From the IMG/VR virus record IMGVR_UViG_3300048593_000385: 64,000 nt of DNA. One strand, 5' to 3'. The DNA is from a virus. Taxonomy: Duplodnaviria > Heunggongvirae > Uroviricota > Caudoviricetes. Positions 1 through 10,242 of this stretch are shown here, piece by piece. The position numbers and the translations under genes are program-made. Under the pieces are notes generated by a model that did not search any database, was not told the DNA's origin, and saw only the letters and a program-made list of their open reading frames with translations. Position 1 is the first letter of the stretch, and every line of letters begins with the position of its first letter.

Positions 1-1489
1 CTGTATCTATAGCGTGTTTAATCGCTGCAGCTGCAGCATCAGGATCATCGTCTGTTGCCATACCGAAGTCTTCGACATTAGTAATAAAGCTAATCCCCGA
101 ACCTTTTGACTCCTCAGCAGCAACAGGAGCATCAAGAACAGCAGCTTCAGCTGCGATGGGTGCAGTGACGGAAGCAGTAGTAGAACCCTTGATGTTAGTT
201 GTATCGTCGGGTGAATTATGAGTTCCCTTGAGGTTCGTTGTCCCTGCATTCAGTGTGGTGATGTTTGCAGTTGTTACATCTAATGTTGCCGTATCAATTG
301 GCGAAGATGCAACAAGAGGTGCCTTGAGGTTGATATTGCCCGCACCTTCGACATTAACAGCAGCGCCTGATTTGATATTTGTTTCTGCAGTAGATTGGAT
401 AGATGTTTTTGCATCAGAGGCAAGAGAAATATCAGTAGTGGCGTGCTGTGATATCTTTTTGGCATCAACAATAAACTGTTCGCCAACAGTCATCGAGGTC
501 ATCTGAGTGCTATCAATATGATTAGCTTTAGACTTGATGTCGAGTTTTTCTGCTGATGTGATAATAGTATCCTTGGCCGACTTGGTGGTAATATTTCCGC
601 TAGTTGATTCCATGTTGATGGATCTTGCTTTGACACGGAAATCGCCCTTGGTTGACACATTCACACCCTGATCAGCTGACACTGTCAGATATCCACCAAC
701 TCTTAGCTGGCAGTTGCCCTTTACTACGATCTGAGCAGCGCCCTCGACACTGATAAAATCATCACCACAAACGATGGTATAATTGTCGTTAACAACCTTA
801 TGGACATAATTCCCGTTAGGTTTCATTTCTCTATATGTGCCGCTAACGTGCTGCTCTAACAATCTCTGATGATCAGGCGTGTCGTCGATCTCTATAAGGT
901 GTCCACCTTCAGATACGTAAACTTTGTTGTAAGGATATTCACCCTTAAACTCATCAACAGGCTCATTGGCAACGGGTGTCACCTGTCTGTCGTTAGGTCT
1001 TGCGCTTCCAGGATTTGCCGTAGGATCTAGAGGATTCTGTCTTGTTTCTGTCAGAGAAGGATCAACTGCAACTGAAGGATTTGCCAATATGACATCAGTA
1101 GCTTCATCGACCGTAGCTGATTTTGAGTCTCCCGTTGTGCCAATAGCCTCTGCAGTTGATATTAAAAGAGTTTCGATATCAGGCGTGTCAATGTTTAGAA
1201 TATAATCAGTAAAGGAGAAATCGTCAGGCAATAGATTACCAAACAGAGTGACCAAATCTAATGCACTTGATTCTGACGCATTGATGATTGTTCCAACAGC
1301 AAGAGAGTTGGATCCTATAATTAGTGTGTTGACCTTAAACTCGCCGATGAGTGGAGGATCAACAGAAATTGTATTATCAGTAGGGTTAACAGCTTTTACT
1401 GTAGAAGAAACAATTCCTGATGTTACTGTCTCGCCAATCTCGAATTGACCGAAAGTAGTCTTCACATTAAGTGTTATTAACGTTGCCAT
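1..1489 (-). CDS. Baseplate central spike / beta-helix protein (gp5 C-terminal-like), 3'-partial; runs off the window start
   Basis: Hand translation of the minus strand from an ATG at 1487-1489 (SD AAGGA upstream) gives about 495 codons with no stop down to position 1. It is absent from the ORF track because it is open-ended. It carries a YPYNKVYVSEGGHLIEIDDTPDHQRL motif and Val/Thr/Asn-rich beta-helix-like repeats typical of gp5/VgrG-type spikes. It sits immediately downstream of the OB-fold+lysozyme gene. Confidence 0.4.
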   Translation of the reverse strand, partial: MATLITLNVKTTFGQFEIGETVTSGIVSSTVKAVNPTDNTISVDPPLIGEFKVNTLIIGSNSLAVGTIINASESSALDLVTLFGNLLPDDFSFTDYILNIDTPDIETLLISTAEAIGTTGDSKSATVDEATDVILANPSVAVDPSLTETRQNPLDPTANPGSARPNDRQVTPVANEPVDEFKGEYPYNKVYVSEGGHLIEIDDTPDHQRLLEQHVSGTYREMKPNGNYVHKVVNDNYTIVCGDDFISVEGAAQIVVKGNCQLRVGGYLTVSADQGVNVSTKGDFRVKARSINMESTSGNITTKSAKDTIITSAEKLDIKSKANHIDSTQMTSMTVGEQFIVDAKKISQHATTDISLASDAKTSIQSTAETNIKSGAAVNVEGAGNINLKAPLVASSPIDTATLDVTTANITTLNAGTTNLKGTHNSPDDTTNIKGSTTASVTAPIAAEAAVLDAPVAAEESKGSGISFITNVEDFGMATDDDPDAAAAAIKHAIDT

Positions 1490-1498
1490 ATTATATCC

Positions 1499-2545
1499 TT
1501 ATTTGCTTGGCGTATTGGCTGTTGGTTTGCCCGTAGACCTGACAGGTGCACCTGCTTTATTCAGAGCAGCAAGTGTGGTTTTCGCATGCTTGATACGAGT
1601 ATCCGCAGAACTATACGCATACTTCTCTGCAGGTCGTTCATAATCGCCAATAAAATATCTTGTGGCACCCTCAATGGTGTTGACATTGTGTGGACCTTTG
1701 GGATGCCAAGGTGCTTTGTGTTCGCCACCTTTTCTGAATTTGGCTATAATATTTTTGAAGTCTGTCTGTAGCTCATACAAGAAGAAGTCTACGTTAGCAT
1801 TGTAGTCAGTTATCTGTCTGCCATTCTTTGCTGCCCAGTTGCAGAAATTAGTATAGCGTCCTGCGTTTGGTCGATTGTTGGTCCATTGAGCAAGTCCCCA
1901 GCCATTACCAACACCGTGACCAGACTGTGGCGGCGGAGTTTTCTTACCACCTTCGCGAACAATGCCGAGCGCACCGCCAGACTCATAAATCAAATTACCA
2001 ACAGCTGCGCATGCTTGGGCTGCAGATATTCCTGGGAACCTCTGCATCATACGAGAAGCAATGTCTGCTCCCTTCTGGTATACAGGTTTCTTTGGATCTA
2101 GATTACCAGGAGGAGCAGAAACCTGACCATCGCCTTGTGGTCCATAAGCAGAGTTTCCGTCGCTTCCTGTTGCTGGTGTGCCTTGCTCAGTTCCATAATT
2201 GAAATGTCCACCAGCGCCAGCGATAACACCAAAGAAGAACGGCTGCTGACGATCATAACCATCAGCAAAGAAACCTACGACATTGGTTCCAACAACAGGT
2301 CCAACTGCAGAGTGACCAGCTCCACCAAGAGCAGAGTTACCGAGGATAGGCATAACAGGAAATGCCCAAGGAAGCTGTTCTGTAGATACAAGCTCTTTGT
2401 CATCAGGATGCACTCCGAAAATACGGACTTTACATCTACCGAGATACAATGGATCACTACGATCTTCTACGATCCCGAAGAAAGGAAGGAATCGATCTAA
2501 TCCAAAAAAGTGTGGGTTCTCTGGGTTATTTTCGTGCGGGTTCAT
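1499..2545 (-). CDS. Baseplate hub subunit with N-terminal OB-fold and peptidoglycan hydrolase (tail lysozyme) domain, gp5 N-terminal-like
   Basis: 348 aa. The N-terminal GRCKVRIFGVHPDDKEL resembles the T4 gp5 OB-fold. The central/C-terminal region has a GWGLAQWTNNRPNAGRYTNF motif typical of phage tail lysozyme/peptidoglycan hydrolase domains. gp5 function appears split over two ORFs here. Confidence 0.55.
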   Translation of the reverse strand: MNPHENNPENPHFFGLDRFLPFFGIVEDRSDPLYLGRCKVRIFGVHPDDKELVSTEQLPWAFPVMPILGNSALGGAGHSAVGPVVGTNVVGFFADGYDRQQPFFFGVIAGAGGHFNYGTEQGTPATGSDGNSAYGPQGDGQVSAPPGNLDPKKPVYQKGADIASRMMQRFPGISAAQACAAVGNLIYESGGALGIVREGGKKTPPPQSGHGVGNGWGLAQWTNNRPNAGRYTNFCNWAAKNGRQITDYNANVDFFLYELQTDFKNIIAKFRKGGEHKAPWHPKGPHNVNTIEGATRYFIGDYERPAEKYAYSSADTRIKHAKTTLAALNKAGAPVRSTGKPTANTPSK

Positions 2546-4116
2546 AGCAATCCTCTTAATACATTTGAAACAGTTCCTACTACCCCATTATCAGGGACAT
2601 TGGGGAACAAGCTTCCTGGATCATTTTCTTCTTGATAATTATCTTGCTTAGACTTATTGTCTGTCGGCTTGGTCTTGGTTGAAGCAGCTTCAGGAGTAGA
2701 CTCAACCTTCTTGCCAAACGAATTCTTATACACATCCCATTTCGCCTGATATGTAGTCTGTGTCAGAATGTGGTTAATTGTGGCAACCAGATAATACCCA
2801 GTAAGATATGGATTCAGTGCGCTAGGGTCTTGTGGATTACCAGCTGGCATAGTAATGAAAACAACATCCCCAGCATTAATCTTTGGGTTGCCGTATACAT
2901 CAAGCGTAAACATATTCTGAGCTAATCGAGTGAAGTATGATGCTCTGGCTGGATAGATTTGATCCATAAACGAATCTTGGTTAGTCGATGATAGATCCTT
3001 GGGAATGAAGAAGAATCGACTGTATTTGACTTCTTTATCATCCTTAGAAGTAACACTGTTCATGAACGTGATGCTGTTTTCAGGATAAGATTGCTCTTTC
3101 TCGTTGCCCAGAGTCAGTGACTTGTTGTTTGTTTTGTCACCATTATCCAGAAAACGGAATCTTGATGGTATAGCCTTCTGATTGATATAATCGTAAACAA
3201 TAACATCAGATTCAAACATACCACGCTTTAGTTTCGCAACAGTATCAAAAAAGCTCTTTTGTTGCATCTTCAGAATAGTGTTAGTTTCTCTTGGATTAAT
3301 TGCTTCTTTCTGAGTGCCAATAAGAGGATTCTCAAACACATATTTGAATGGGTGTGGCTTGTTGTCAGTAGAAGGAAGACCTCCTGCTGATTTAATCTTT
3401 TCCATTCCCTTCTTGATCAGATACTCAACATCGCAGAAATTGAATCCTTTGAAGTTCTCGAAGAACAGATATGTTGCTGACACAAACTCATCAGAGCTGG
3501 AGATAGATCTTCTGGCAAGAAACTGACACGCTTGAAGGGGTGTGAGTCTAGGAATAACTACGTTTTGTAGACCTTTGGTTTCTTGCTTTTTGTTGAGAGT
3601 TTTAACTCTTTTGCCCTTGAATGGATTGTTTGCTTTGTCGATTAACAGATAATCTTTTGTTAGATCATCGATGTTATCGCTATGTGCTCTGTTATAGCTT
3701 TTCATAACAACACTTGTTGCGTCGATTAAATGCTCTTCGCTACAGAAGTTAAGAGTGTATTCTTTCAGTGTGTTGTTCTGTGCGTAATTGATATTCTCGA
3801 TAGCATATACAGCAAAACGCAGACTAACTTCAGCCAGATTACCATCTGCTGTTTCTGTAGCATAATCAATCTCAAGAAACTCTTCGCCGATAATAGGAAA
3901 GCTCGTGTCCTTTGCATTGGAAATATTCGCGAGACCACCCAATAGGTCTACAGCGTCTTTGATTCGTAATGCACCATAAAGTGTGTTCTTGAATATATCC
4001 TCAGTGATGGAGATATTTAACACTAGATTTGAAATGTTACGCTCTCTGGTGCCATCCGCATTCTTGAGGATGACTTTAAATTTCTTTAAACCACCAGGAA
4101 TATATGTCTCAGTCAT
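2542..4116 (-). CDS. Baseplate structural protein (wedge component, unassigned)
   Basis: 524-aa ORF between the gp53-like and gp5-like genes in a late-promoter-driven baseplate operon. No specific motif recognised. Confidence 0.35.
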   Translation of the reverse strand: MTETYIPGGLKKFKVILKNADGTRERNISNLVLNISITEDIFKNTLYGALRIKDAVDLLGGLANISNAKDTSFPIIGEEFLEIDYATETADGNLAEVSLRFAVYAIENINYAQNNTLKEYTLNFCSEEHLIDATSVVMKSYNRAHSDNIDDLTKDYLLIDKANNPFKGKRVKTLNKKQETKGLQNVVIPRLTPLQACQFLARRSISSSDEFVSATYLFFENFKGFNFCDVEYLIKKGMEKIKSAGGLPSTDNKPHPFKYVFENPLIGTQKEAINPRETNTILKMQQKSFFDTVAKLKRGMFESDVIVYDYINQKAIPSRFRFLDNGDKTNNKSLTLGNEKEQSYPENSITFMNSVTSKDDKEVKYSRFFFIPKDLSSTNQDSFMDQIYPARASYFTRLAQNMFTLDVYGNPKINAGDVVFITMPAGNPQDPSALNPYLTGYYLVATINHILTQTTYQAKWDVYKNSFGKKVESTPEAASTKTKPTDNKSKQDNYQEENDPGSLFPNVPDNGVVGTVSNVLRGLL

Positions 4117-4702
4117 TCAAAAGGTTACCCAATTCAGTTGCAACCAATGCCTTCAGCTTGTTGTCGATGAGGTTGATGTTTCTTTTTTCTTCGTTCAATT
4201 CTAATTCATGATCATATGCATAAACAGCAGAGTAATTCAAAGGATCTTCAACATCAGCAAAACTGTCAACAGTAATCCTTAGATCGGTATTGCTTAATAC
4301 GATATTCATATTAGAATTTGCTGTTGGCGAGAAGGTGGATCCATCAACAGAAACATAGCTGACATCTGGGTTTCTTCTGTAGAATAGGATCTCCGATCTT
4401 GCAGCCACAACAGACCCATACTTCTTTGCGATATATGCTTCGAACTGTTGGGTGGACTTTGGCCATTGTGTATGTGGATCAATGATGTTGTTTGCGAGAT
4501 AGATTAACCAGTCATATTCAGGCTTATCGTAATACCAAGAAGCAATAGCATCGGCTGTTTCTCCATCCTCAATAGTATAAGGGAAGTATACCAACGACTC
4601 TAATTTTAATCTTTCTAAGAAAGCTGCTCTGAGTGTAATGTTTGGTGCTACTACGTTGAAGTAGTTGATTCTTGGGAAGTTTTCGAAATAGCGGATTGAC
4701 AT
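4109..4702 (-). CDS. 53: Baseplate wedge protein gp53-like
   Basis: 197 aa (T4 gp53 is 196 aa). The segment WYYDKPEYDWLIYLANNIIDPHTQWPKSTQQFEAYIAKKYG parallels T4 gp53 IYGNPQLYWVLLMCNDNYDPYYGWITSQEAAYQASIQKYKN. It sits in a T4-like 53/5 neighbourhood. Confidence 0.5.
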   Translation of the reverse strand: MSIRYFENFPRINYFNVVAPNITLRAAFLERLKLESLVYFPYTIEDGETADAIASWYYDKPEYDWLIYLANNIIDPHTQWPKSTQQFEAYIAKKYGSVVAARSEILFYRRNPDVSYVSVDGSTFSPTANSNMNIVLSNTDLRITVDSFADVEDPLNYSAVYAYDHELELNEEKRNINLIDNKLKALVATELGNLLND

Positions 4703-4704
4703 TG

Positions 4705-5538
4705 TTAGCCTCGGATATCTTCAGATGTGACGATACTTCTTTCAAGGAAAGACATAGATAGAGTGACTTCTACAGGACTATTGCTTCCTGTGAAGAAAGC
4801 AGGGTGCGTTTGTCCCATATAGTCAACGCTTACGCTTTCAATGAATGCACCTTTGTTGCTGAACGTGATCAGTCCATTTTCCTTTGGACCTACAACTTGC
4901 AGGTATGCAATATCAGGATAATTCAGACCAAAGTTGCCACCGCTGGTTCTTGATGGTAGAGCAGCTTGTTTAAACTGTGTCACCATATTTTCCAGTTTGT
5001 TTGATTCGCTTTGGTTATATGCAATCATTCTCCATGTGAATGTATGCTTCCTTAGATTAACACCTTTAAATAAAGCAGCAAGGTTAGGGTTGTTAATTGC
5101 ACCTGTAGCCAACTGCACAGCATTAACACCAGCATCACCCAAAGCAGCGCCCATGGCTTCTTCGCCGAGAGTTCTGCCTAACGCACCAAGACCAGACAGA
5201 ACGTTTCCTACGATGCTAGAAGGGTTGTTGATTGCATCAACAACGGAAGAACCTACGCCACCAACAGCACCCATTTTTTGAGATTCTATTTGAATGTCAA
5301 AATTATCCTTTAGTCCAGCGACAGGCATAGGAAGAAAGAAGTGTTTGCCACCTGGACCAGCAACACCACCGCCACCACCAGGATTGATGTTTGCGCCCAC
5401 TGAGTATGGTCGCATTGTGATGGCAAAGTAATTTGGCTGTTGTGCGATGTCAGGAGGGAAACTACCTCCTGTTCCAGATAACCTCAACGCCTGAGCTTTC
5501 TTTGTTCCTGGATTACTGGTGTTAGTTGGTCTTGACAT
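4705..5538 (-). CDS. Baseplate tail-tube-family protein (gp48/gp54-like)
   Basis: 277 aa with a Gly-rich N-terminus and C-terminal beta-rich segments. It is the first gene after a TATAAATA late promoter at 5566-5573 (minus). Confidence 0.35.
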   Translation of the reverse strand: MSRPTNTSNPGTKKAQALRLSGTGGSFPPDIAQQPNYFAITMRPYSVGANINPGGGGGVAGPGGKHFFLPMPVAGLKDNFDIQIESQKMGAVGGVGSSVVDAINNPSSIVGNVLSGLGALGRTLGEEAMGAALGDAGVNAVQLATGAINNPNLAALFKGVNLRKHTFTWRMIAYNQSESNKLENMVTQFKQAALPSRTSGGNFGLNYPDIAYLQVVGPKENGLITFSNKGAFIESVSVDYMGQTHPAFFTGSNSPVEVTLSMSFLERSIVTSEDIRG

Positions 5539-5565
5539 TATTCACCTAAATATTTCTGTTACTTC

Positions 5566-5573
5566 TATTTATA
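5566..5573 (-). promoter_or_regulatory. T4-type late promoter TATAAATA for the baseplate operon
   Basis: Minus strand reads CACTATAAATAG about 28 nt upstream of the ATG at 5538. Confidence 0.5.
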
Positions 5574-5586
5574 GTGTGGACCCAGA

Positions 5587-6015
5587 ATGTTTAAGACGTA
5601 CAAAGGTAAATATCTACCGAAAAATCCAGAAAAATACATGGGTGACCCGAACAACATTATTTATAGAAGCAATTGGGAACAGCGTATGTTCTATCGGCTG
5701 GATGTAGATCCAGGAGTTGTCAAATGGGCATCAGAGGAATTCTCTATACCTTACCTAAGTCCTATTGACAACAAGTTACACAGATACTTTCCTGATGTGT
5801 ATGTTGAAAATGTCCATGGACAGAAGTATGTTATTGAAATAAAGCCAGATGCGCAGACCAGAGCTCCTGCCAAGAAGCCAAGGAATACTAAGAGATATCT
5901 CACAGAGGTAAGCACATACCTTATAAATAGTGCTAAGTGGAATGCAGCCGAAAGATTCTGTGAAGAACGAGGCTGGAAATTCCAGATTGTAACCGAAAAA
6001 GACTTGGGAATTTAA
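5587..6015 (+). CDS. 4: Head completion protein gp4
   Basis: 142 aa. The N-terminus MFKTYKGKYLPKNPEKYMGDPNNIIYRSNWEQR matches the conserved gp4 N-terminus (T4: MSLYKGKFKPKNPQKY..ITYRSSWER). It is divergent from the baseplate operon, as in T4. Confidence 0.7.
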   Translation: MFKTYKGKYLPKNPEKYMGDPNNIIYRSNWEQRMFYRLDVDPGVVKWASEEFSIPYLSPIDNKLHRYFPDVYVENVHGQKYVIEIKPDAQTRAPAKKPRNTKRYLTEVSTYLINSAKWNAAERFCEERGWKFQIVTEKDLGI

Positions 6016-6656
6016 TGGCTGTAACAACAGACAATTACATCTATTCTCGCCTTCTTAAGAGGGCTGCACAAGAGCGCATCATTCCGAACAAGACTAAAGA
6101 AGCCAGAGAGTGGTTTCGTTCTAAAGCTCAAAGGTATAATGGTAATAGAATCAGCCAAGACAAGCTGTTCGAGAAGTCAATCGTAACCAGCAGCATCATG
6201 CCTGGACGCATGTATATGTACGTATACGATGCCAAGACTAAAGACAAGCTACCCTACTGGGATGCTTTCCCTGTTATCTTTCCAGTCAGTACATTTGCTG
6301 GTGGATTTACAGGTCTGAATCTACACTATCTTCCGCCTCTTATGAGAGCAAGGTTGATGGATGCGCTTTATACTATTGCGAACAACGACAGATTCGACGA
6401 CACAACAAAACTCAAGATCTCATACGAAGCATTGAAGAGCGCTGGTTCAATGAAGCTGTTCGCTCCATGTTTCAAAAAATATTTATATTCGCAAGTCAAA
6501 TCTAGGTTCATCTATGTTGAACCGAAAGAATGGGACATTGCTATGTTTCTACCACTGCAGAGATTCCAGGGAGCAACAGCAGAGGAAGTTTGGGCAGACT
6601 CAGCATCAGGCGAACAGCCTTGGCAAAAATGGAAAACTGGAAGAGGGAAACGATAA
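6015..6656 (+). CDS. 2: DNA end protector protein gp2-like
   Basis: 213 aa with a conserved PGRMYMYVYDAKTKDKLPYWDAFP block. It is adjacent to gp4 as in T4 (genes 3-2-4). Confidence 0.5.
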   Translation: MAVTTDNYIYSRLLKRAAQERIIPNKTKEAREWFRSKAQRYNGNRISQDKLFEKSIVTSSIMPGRMYMYVYDAKTKDKLPYWDAFPVIFPVSTFAGGFTGLNLHYLPPLMRARLMDALYTIANNDRFDDTTKLKISYEALKSAGSMKLFAPCFKKYLYSQVKSRFIYVEPKEWDIAMFLPLQRFQGATAEEVWADSASGEQPWQKWKTGRGKR

Positions 6657-7274
6657 GTGGCTTTTAACATCAACAATTTTCTCCACGCTTTGCCTGATGG
6701 TCTGGCAAGAGAAGCGCATTTCGAAATGGAGATTGATCTTCCTTCAATCGTTGAGGGAGACTCAAGACAGCTGTCATTGATGTGCTCATCCGCCAGCCTT
6801 CCTAATAGAACTGCTGATATTACGCAAATTAGAAGAGGTGGTCAGGGTCTGCTGTCTCCATATGCCACAGGCTTGTCATATACTCCACTCAATGTTGCGT
6901 TCTATTGCGATGTTGAATCTAATACTATTCGCTCTCTTCAGAAATGGTTAGACTCATATATGGATCTAAACATCGGCAACATGTATGCGATGCAATATAA
7001 AGAGAACTACGTAACTGACATCAGGCTAATTCAATATGACTCGAAGGGCGACGCGATCGCGAACTATACGTTCTATGCATCATTCCTACAGTCCTTTGGT
7101 CCAGTCAATTTCAGCTGGGCTGCTCAGAACAGTCTCGTGATTGTTCCTGCAACCTTTGCATACACCTATTATAAGATTGATGATACGCCGCCAAGATCAA
7201 CAAAGAACAGCTCGACTACGCTACAACCAGCTCAAAACAATGGACTTCCTGTTACAGGAAACACACCAACTTGA
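6657..7274 (+). CDS. Tail-tube-fold protein (gp3 tail completion / gp19-like)
   Basis: 205 aa. The N-terminus FNINNFLHALPDGLAREAHFEMEIDL and LSLMCSSASLPNRTA resemble the gp19/gp3/gp54 tail tube family pattern (FQVEISY ... FQCKATALPAG). Synteny with gp2/gp4. Confidence 0.4.
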   Translation: MAFNINNFLHALPDGLAREAHFEMEIDLPSIVEGDSRQLSLMCSSASLPNRTADITQIRRGGQGLLSPYATGLSYTPLNVAFYCDVESNTIRSLQKWLDSYMDLNIGNMYAMQYKENYVTDIRLIQYDSKGDAIANYTFYASFLQSFGPVNFSWAAQNSLVIVPATFAYTYYKIDDTPPRSTKNSSTTLQPAQNNGLPVTGNTPT

Positions 7275-7292
7275 TATTAAAGTGAGGATACT

Positions 7293-7991
7293 ATGAAACT
7301 ACCAGTAATCGATTCGCCTATTTTTGAAATTAAACTGGTTTCTCTCGAGGAGCCTGTCAAGTTCCGCCCATTCACAGTCAAAGAAGAGAAAATCTTATTG
7401 ATTGCTGAAGAGAGCAACGATGATAAAGACATTCTAAATGCGATTAGACAAGTGATCAACAACTGTTGTATATCAAAGGTTGATGTCAACAAGCTGCCTC
7501 TGTTTGATATTGAATATCTGTTCCTTCAGCTTCGTTCTAAGTCTGTGAGCAATATTTCCACATTGCGTTATCGCGACAAAGAAGATAATGAAGTCAGAGA
7601 ATTTCAGGTTGATCTTGACACAATCAAACCGCACATGGATCCTGATCATAGCACAACTATAAAGCTATCTGACAATATTACTGTTACGTTCAAGTATCCT
7701 ACGATTGAAGATGTATCCAAGATTAAAACGGAATCAGATGATGCTGCAATCGAACTGGTGGCTTCTTGTATTGATACCATTTTAGACGGAGATGAGCTGT
7801 TCATTGCTGATAACTTTACCTTAGAGGAAAAGATTGAGTTTATCAACCAATTGAACACAAAGAGTTTCGAGAATGTTCTCGTCACCTTTGTTGAGAGCAT
7901 GCCGAAGATGACACATACGCTGAAGTATACAAACAATAAAGGGAATCCCAGAGAGATCGTCCTCGAAGGGTACAGAAGTTTTTTTCCGTAG
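7293..7991 (+). CDS. Hypothetical structural protein
   Basis: 232-aa ORF with SD GAGGA upstream, in the plus-strand late structural block. Confidence 0.35.
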   Translation: MKLPVIDSPIFEIKLVSLEEPVKFRPFTVKEEKILLIAEESNDDKDILNAIRQVINNCCISKVDVNKLPLFDIEYLFLQLRSKSVSNISTLRYRDKEDNEVREFQVDLDTIKPHMDPDHSTTIKLSDNITVTFKYPTIEDVSKIKTESDDAAIELVASCIDTILDGDELFIADNFTLEEKIEFINQLNTKSFENVLVTFVESMPKMTHTLKYTNNKGNPREIVLEGYRSFFP

Positions 7992-8167
7992 GGCTGAGTC
8001 ATAATACTCTGCTGAATTATTACTATTTGATTTTTAATTTGGCTCAGCACCATAAATATTCAATTGGAGAGATTGAAGCGATGTTTCCTTTCGAACGGGA
8101 CATTTATATTGGTTTGTTATACAAGATGATACAGGATGAAATAGCAGAAAACAAAAAAGGGTAAACG

Positions 8168-10231
8168 GTGGCCAGAAGAGATCCAAGCAGAACAGTAAGC
8201 ATTCATGGTGATAAGTACACCTATGATCCTGACAAAAACAAATGGATGTCAGGAAAGAAGGAAGCCACACCTGCAACAGCTGCGATGCTGGACATGGTTC
8301 TTGAACAACTGAGCCCAGACTCGGACGAAGAAGTTGAATCGTTCGTAGGAACAGCCAACATCACCCCACAAGATACTCCTGACGAAGAATCGCCAGAAGC
8401 AATACGTGACAAAGAAGAAGCTCACGAAAGAAAGCAAGAAGCCCAAGAAGATATGGAGGATTCGCCTCCTCCAGCAGAAGCAGAAGCCGAGCAGCTCAAG
8501 CCACCACCATTAGAACCCACATCGCTGAAGCCGCCTGAGCCTGAGCCAGAAGTTCCGACACCAGAGCCGACTCCTGCTGCACCAGAGCCAACTCCTCTCG
8601 AGAGAAGAGCTGGGACACTCAAGGATGAGTATACTGAGAGACTTAGAGAACGACTAGCCAAGCGTATGTCTCTGTTGAGGTTGTTTACTGACAAGCTAGA
8701 AGATCCTAAAAAGGCACCACAGGCTACTCGAGCTGCTGAGCAAGTCAAACCAAAACCTCTTGAAGCTGATCAGCTGAAACCTACTGCCGAGCAAACTGAT
8801 CAAGCTGCTCCTCAAGCAGAAGCAGAGCCAGCAAGAGAGCAAACTCCATTCGAGAGAAGATTCGGTAGACTCAAGGATGAATACACCGAAAGGTTTGCTG
8901 AGAGAATAAAGAAGCGCATGCCTCTGGCAAGGCTATTCACTGACAGGTTGGAAGACCCTAAGAGTGTTGCTAAGAAAGAGTCAACACCAGCCGATACACC
9001 AGCTGCTAAAGGCATTGGTGGATTCAGCAAAGAAGCAATTGATGCTCTCAAATCCATCGACAATTCTATAAAAGAAATTCTTGGTCTGTTCAAAGAGAAC
9101 AAAAAAGAGCAGAAACAAGACCAAACAAGAGAAACGACCGAAGAGCAGAAACAAGAACTTCAATCTGAATCTGCCAAAAGAGAACAGGCTGTCGACAATC
9201 TAGAGCAAAGAGGATTCGCCGATAGACCAGAGACTATGTTTAAGGCTCCGGAACCGCAACCTCTGCAGACAGATGATGCATATGAAGAGCCTGATTCTGA
9301 TGAAGGGTTTGGTCAGCAAATAAAGCAATATGCTGCCAAAAAAATCAAAGGTGGATTGAGAAGCAGAGGAAAGAGATTATTCTCTGGCATTAAAAGCAAG
9401 CTAGGGTTTGGTGCTGCTGCAGAAGTAGCAGAAGTAGCTGCCAAAGAACCTAAGATTGCTGAAGAGATAGCCTCTACAGGAACCAAAAGATTCAGAGATA
9501 AAGCAACTGGAAGATTTGTAACACAAGCAGTTGAAAAAGAAGGTGTCAAGGCTGCAGAAAAAGTTGGAGCCAAAGGCATCGCCAAAACTGCAGGCAGAAG
9601 TCTTCTAAAGAAAATTCCTGGAGTTGGACTTCTTGCTGGTCTGGCGTTTGGTGCTGGTCGTTTGATGAAAGGCGACCTGCTGGGTGCAGTCGGCGAAGTC
9701 GGCAGCGGATTGGCTTCGACAGTTCCTGGAGTTGGCACGGCAGCAAGTGTTGCTATTGATTCTGGCTTGGCCGCAAGAGATATCTACAAGTCTAAGGATG
9801 CAGAAAAAGAGCCAAGAGAATATGCTGATGGTGGCATCGTCAATAATCCGAAGCCACTTACATTGTTCGCAGATGGTGGTGTTGTAGATTCTCCTACAGC
9901 ATTCTCGCATGAAGGCGGAACAGGGATTATGGGAGAAGCTGGACCAGAAGCTATCATGCCTCTACAGAAAGGTGCAGATGGGAAGCTGGGCGTTAAGATG
10001 CAAGCTGATCCTGTTCCTAAAAATAGTATTACTCCTCAGACTAATGCTCTTGAACAAGCAGAAGAACAGAGAAAACTGGCCGAGCAGAAGAAGGAACAAA
10101 CTCCTGGAGCAAGTCCTACAATTATAAATAATAGTACTACCAATAACAACCAAAGTGGTGGCAGTGGTGGCGGTTCAGTCCCTACTGCTGGTCCAAGGAA
10201 TTCTCTGGATCTCAATTATTATGCTCAATAA
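8168..10231 (+). CDS. Putative tail tape-measure / gp29-like protein with internal duplication
   Basis: 687 aa. It has a Pro/Glu-rich spacer and a duplicated about 45-aa module (ERRAGTLKDEYTERLRERLAKRMSLLRLFTDKLEDPK vs ERRFGRLKDEYTERFAERIKKRMPLARLFTDRLEDPK). A Gly/Ala/Lys-rich amphipathic stretch and the C-terminal YADGGIV/FADGGVV motifs complete it. A rho-independent terminator follows at 10542-10573. Confidence 0.35.
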   Translation: MARRDPSRTVSIHGDKYTYDPDKNKWMSGKKEATPATAAMLDMVLEQLSPDSDEEVESFVGTANITPQDTPDEESPEAIRDKEEAHERKQEAQEDMEDSPPPAEAEAEQLKPPPLEPTSLKPPEPEPEVPTPEPTPAAPEPTPLERRAGTLKDEYTERLRERLAKRMSLLRLFTDKLEDPKKAPQATRAAEQVKPKPLEADQLKPTAEQTDQAAPQAEAEPAREQTPFERRFGRLKDEYTERFAERIKKRMPLARLFTDRLEDPKSVAKKESTPADTPAAKGIGGFSKEAIDALKSIDNSIKEILGLFKENKKEQKQDQTRETTEEQKQELQSESAKREQAVDNLEQRGFADRPETMFKAPEPQPLQTDDAYEEPDSDEGFGQQIKQYAAKKIKGGLRSRGKRLFSGIKSKLGFGAAAEVAEVAAKEPKIAEEIASTGTKRFRDKATGRFVTQAVEKEGVKAAEKVGAKGIAKTAGRSLLKKIPGVGLLAGLAFGAGRLMKGDLLGAVGEVGSGLASTVPGVGTAASVAIDSGLAARDIYKSKDAEKEPREYADGGIVNNPKPLTLFADGGVVDSPTAFSHEGGTGIMGEAGPEAIMPLQKGADGKLGVKMQADPVPKNSITPQTNALEQAEEQRKLAEQKKEQTPGASPTIINNSTTNNNQSGGSGGGSVPTAGPRNSLDLNYYAQ

Positions 10232-10242
10232 GGAGAAAATAA

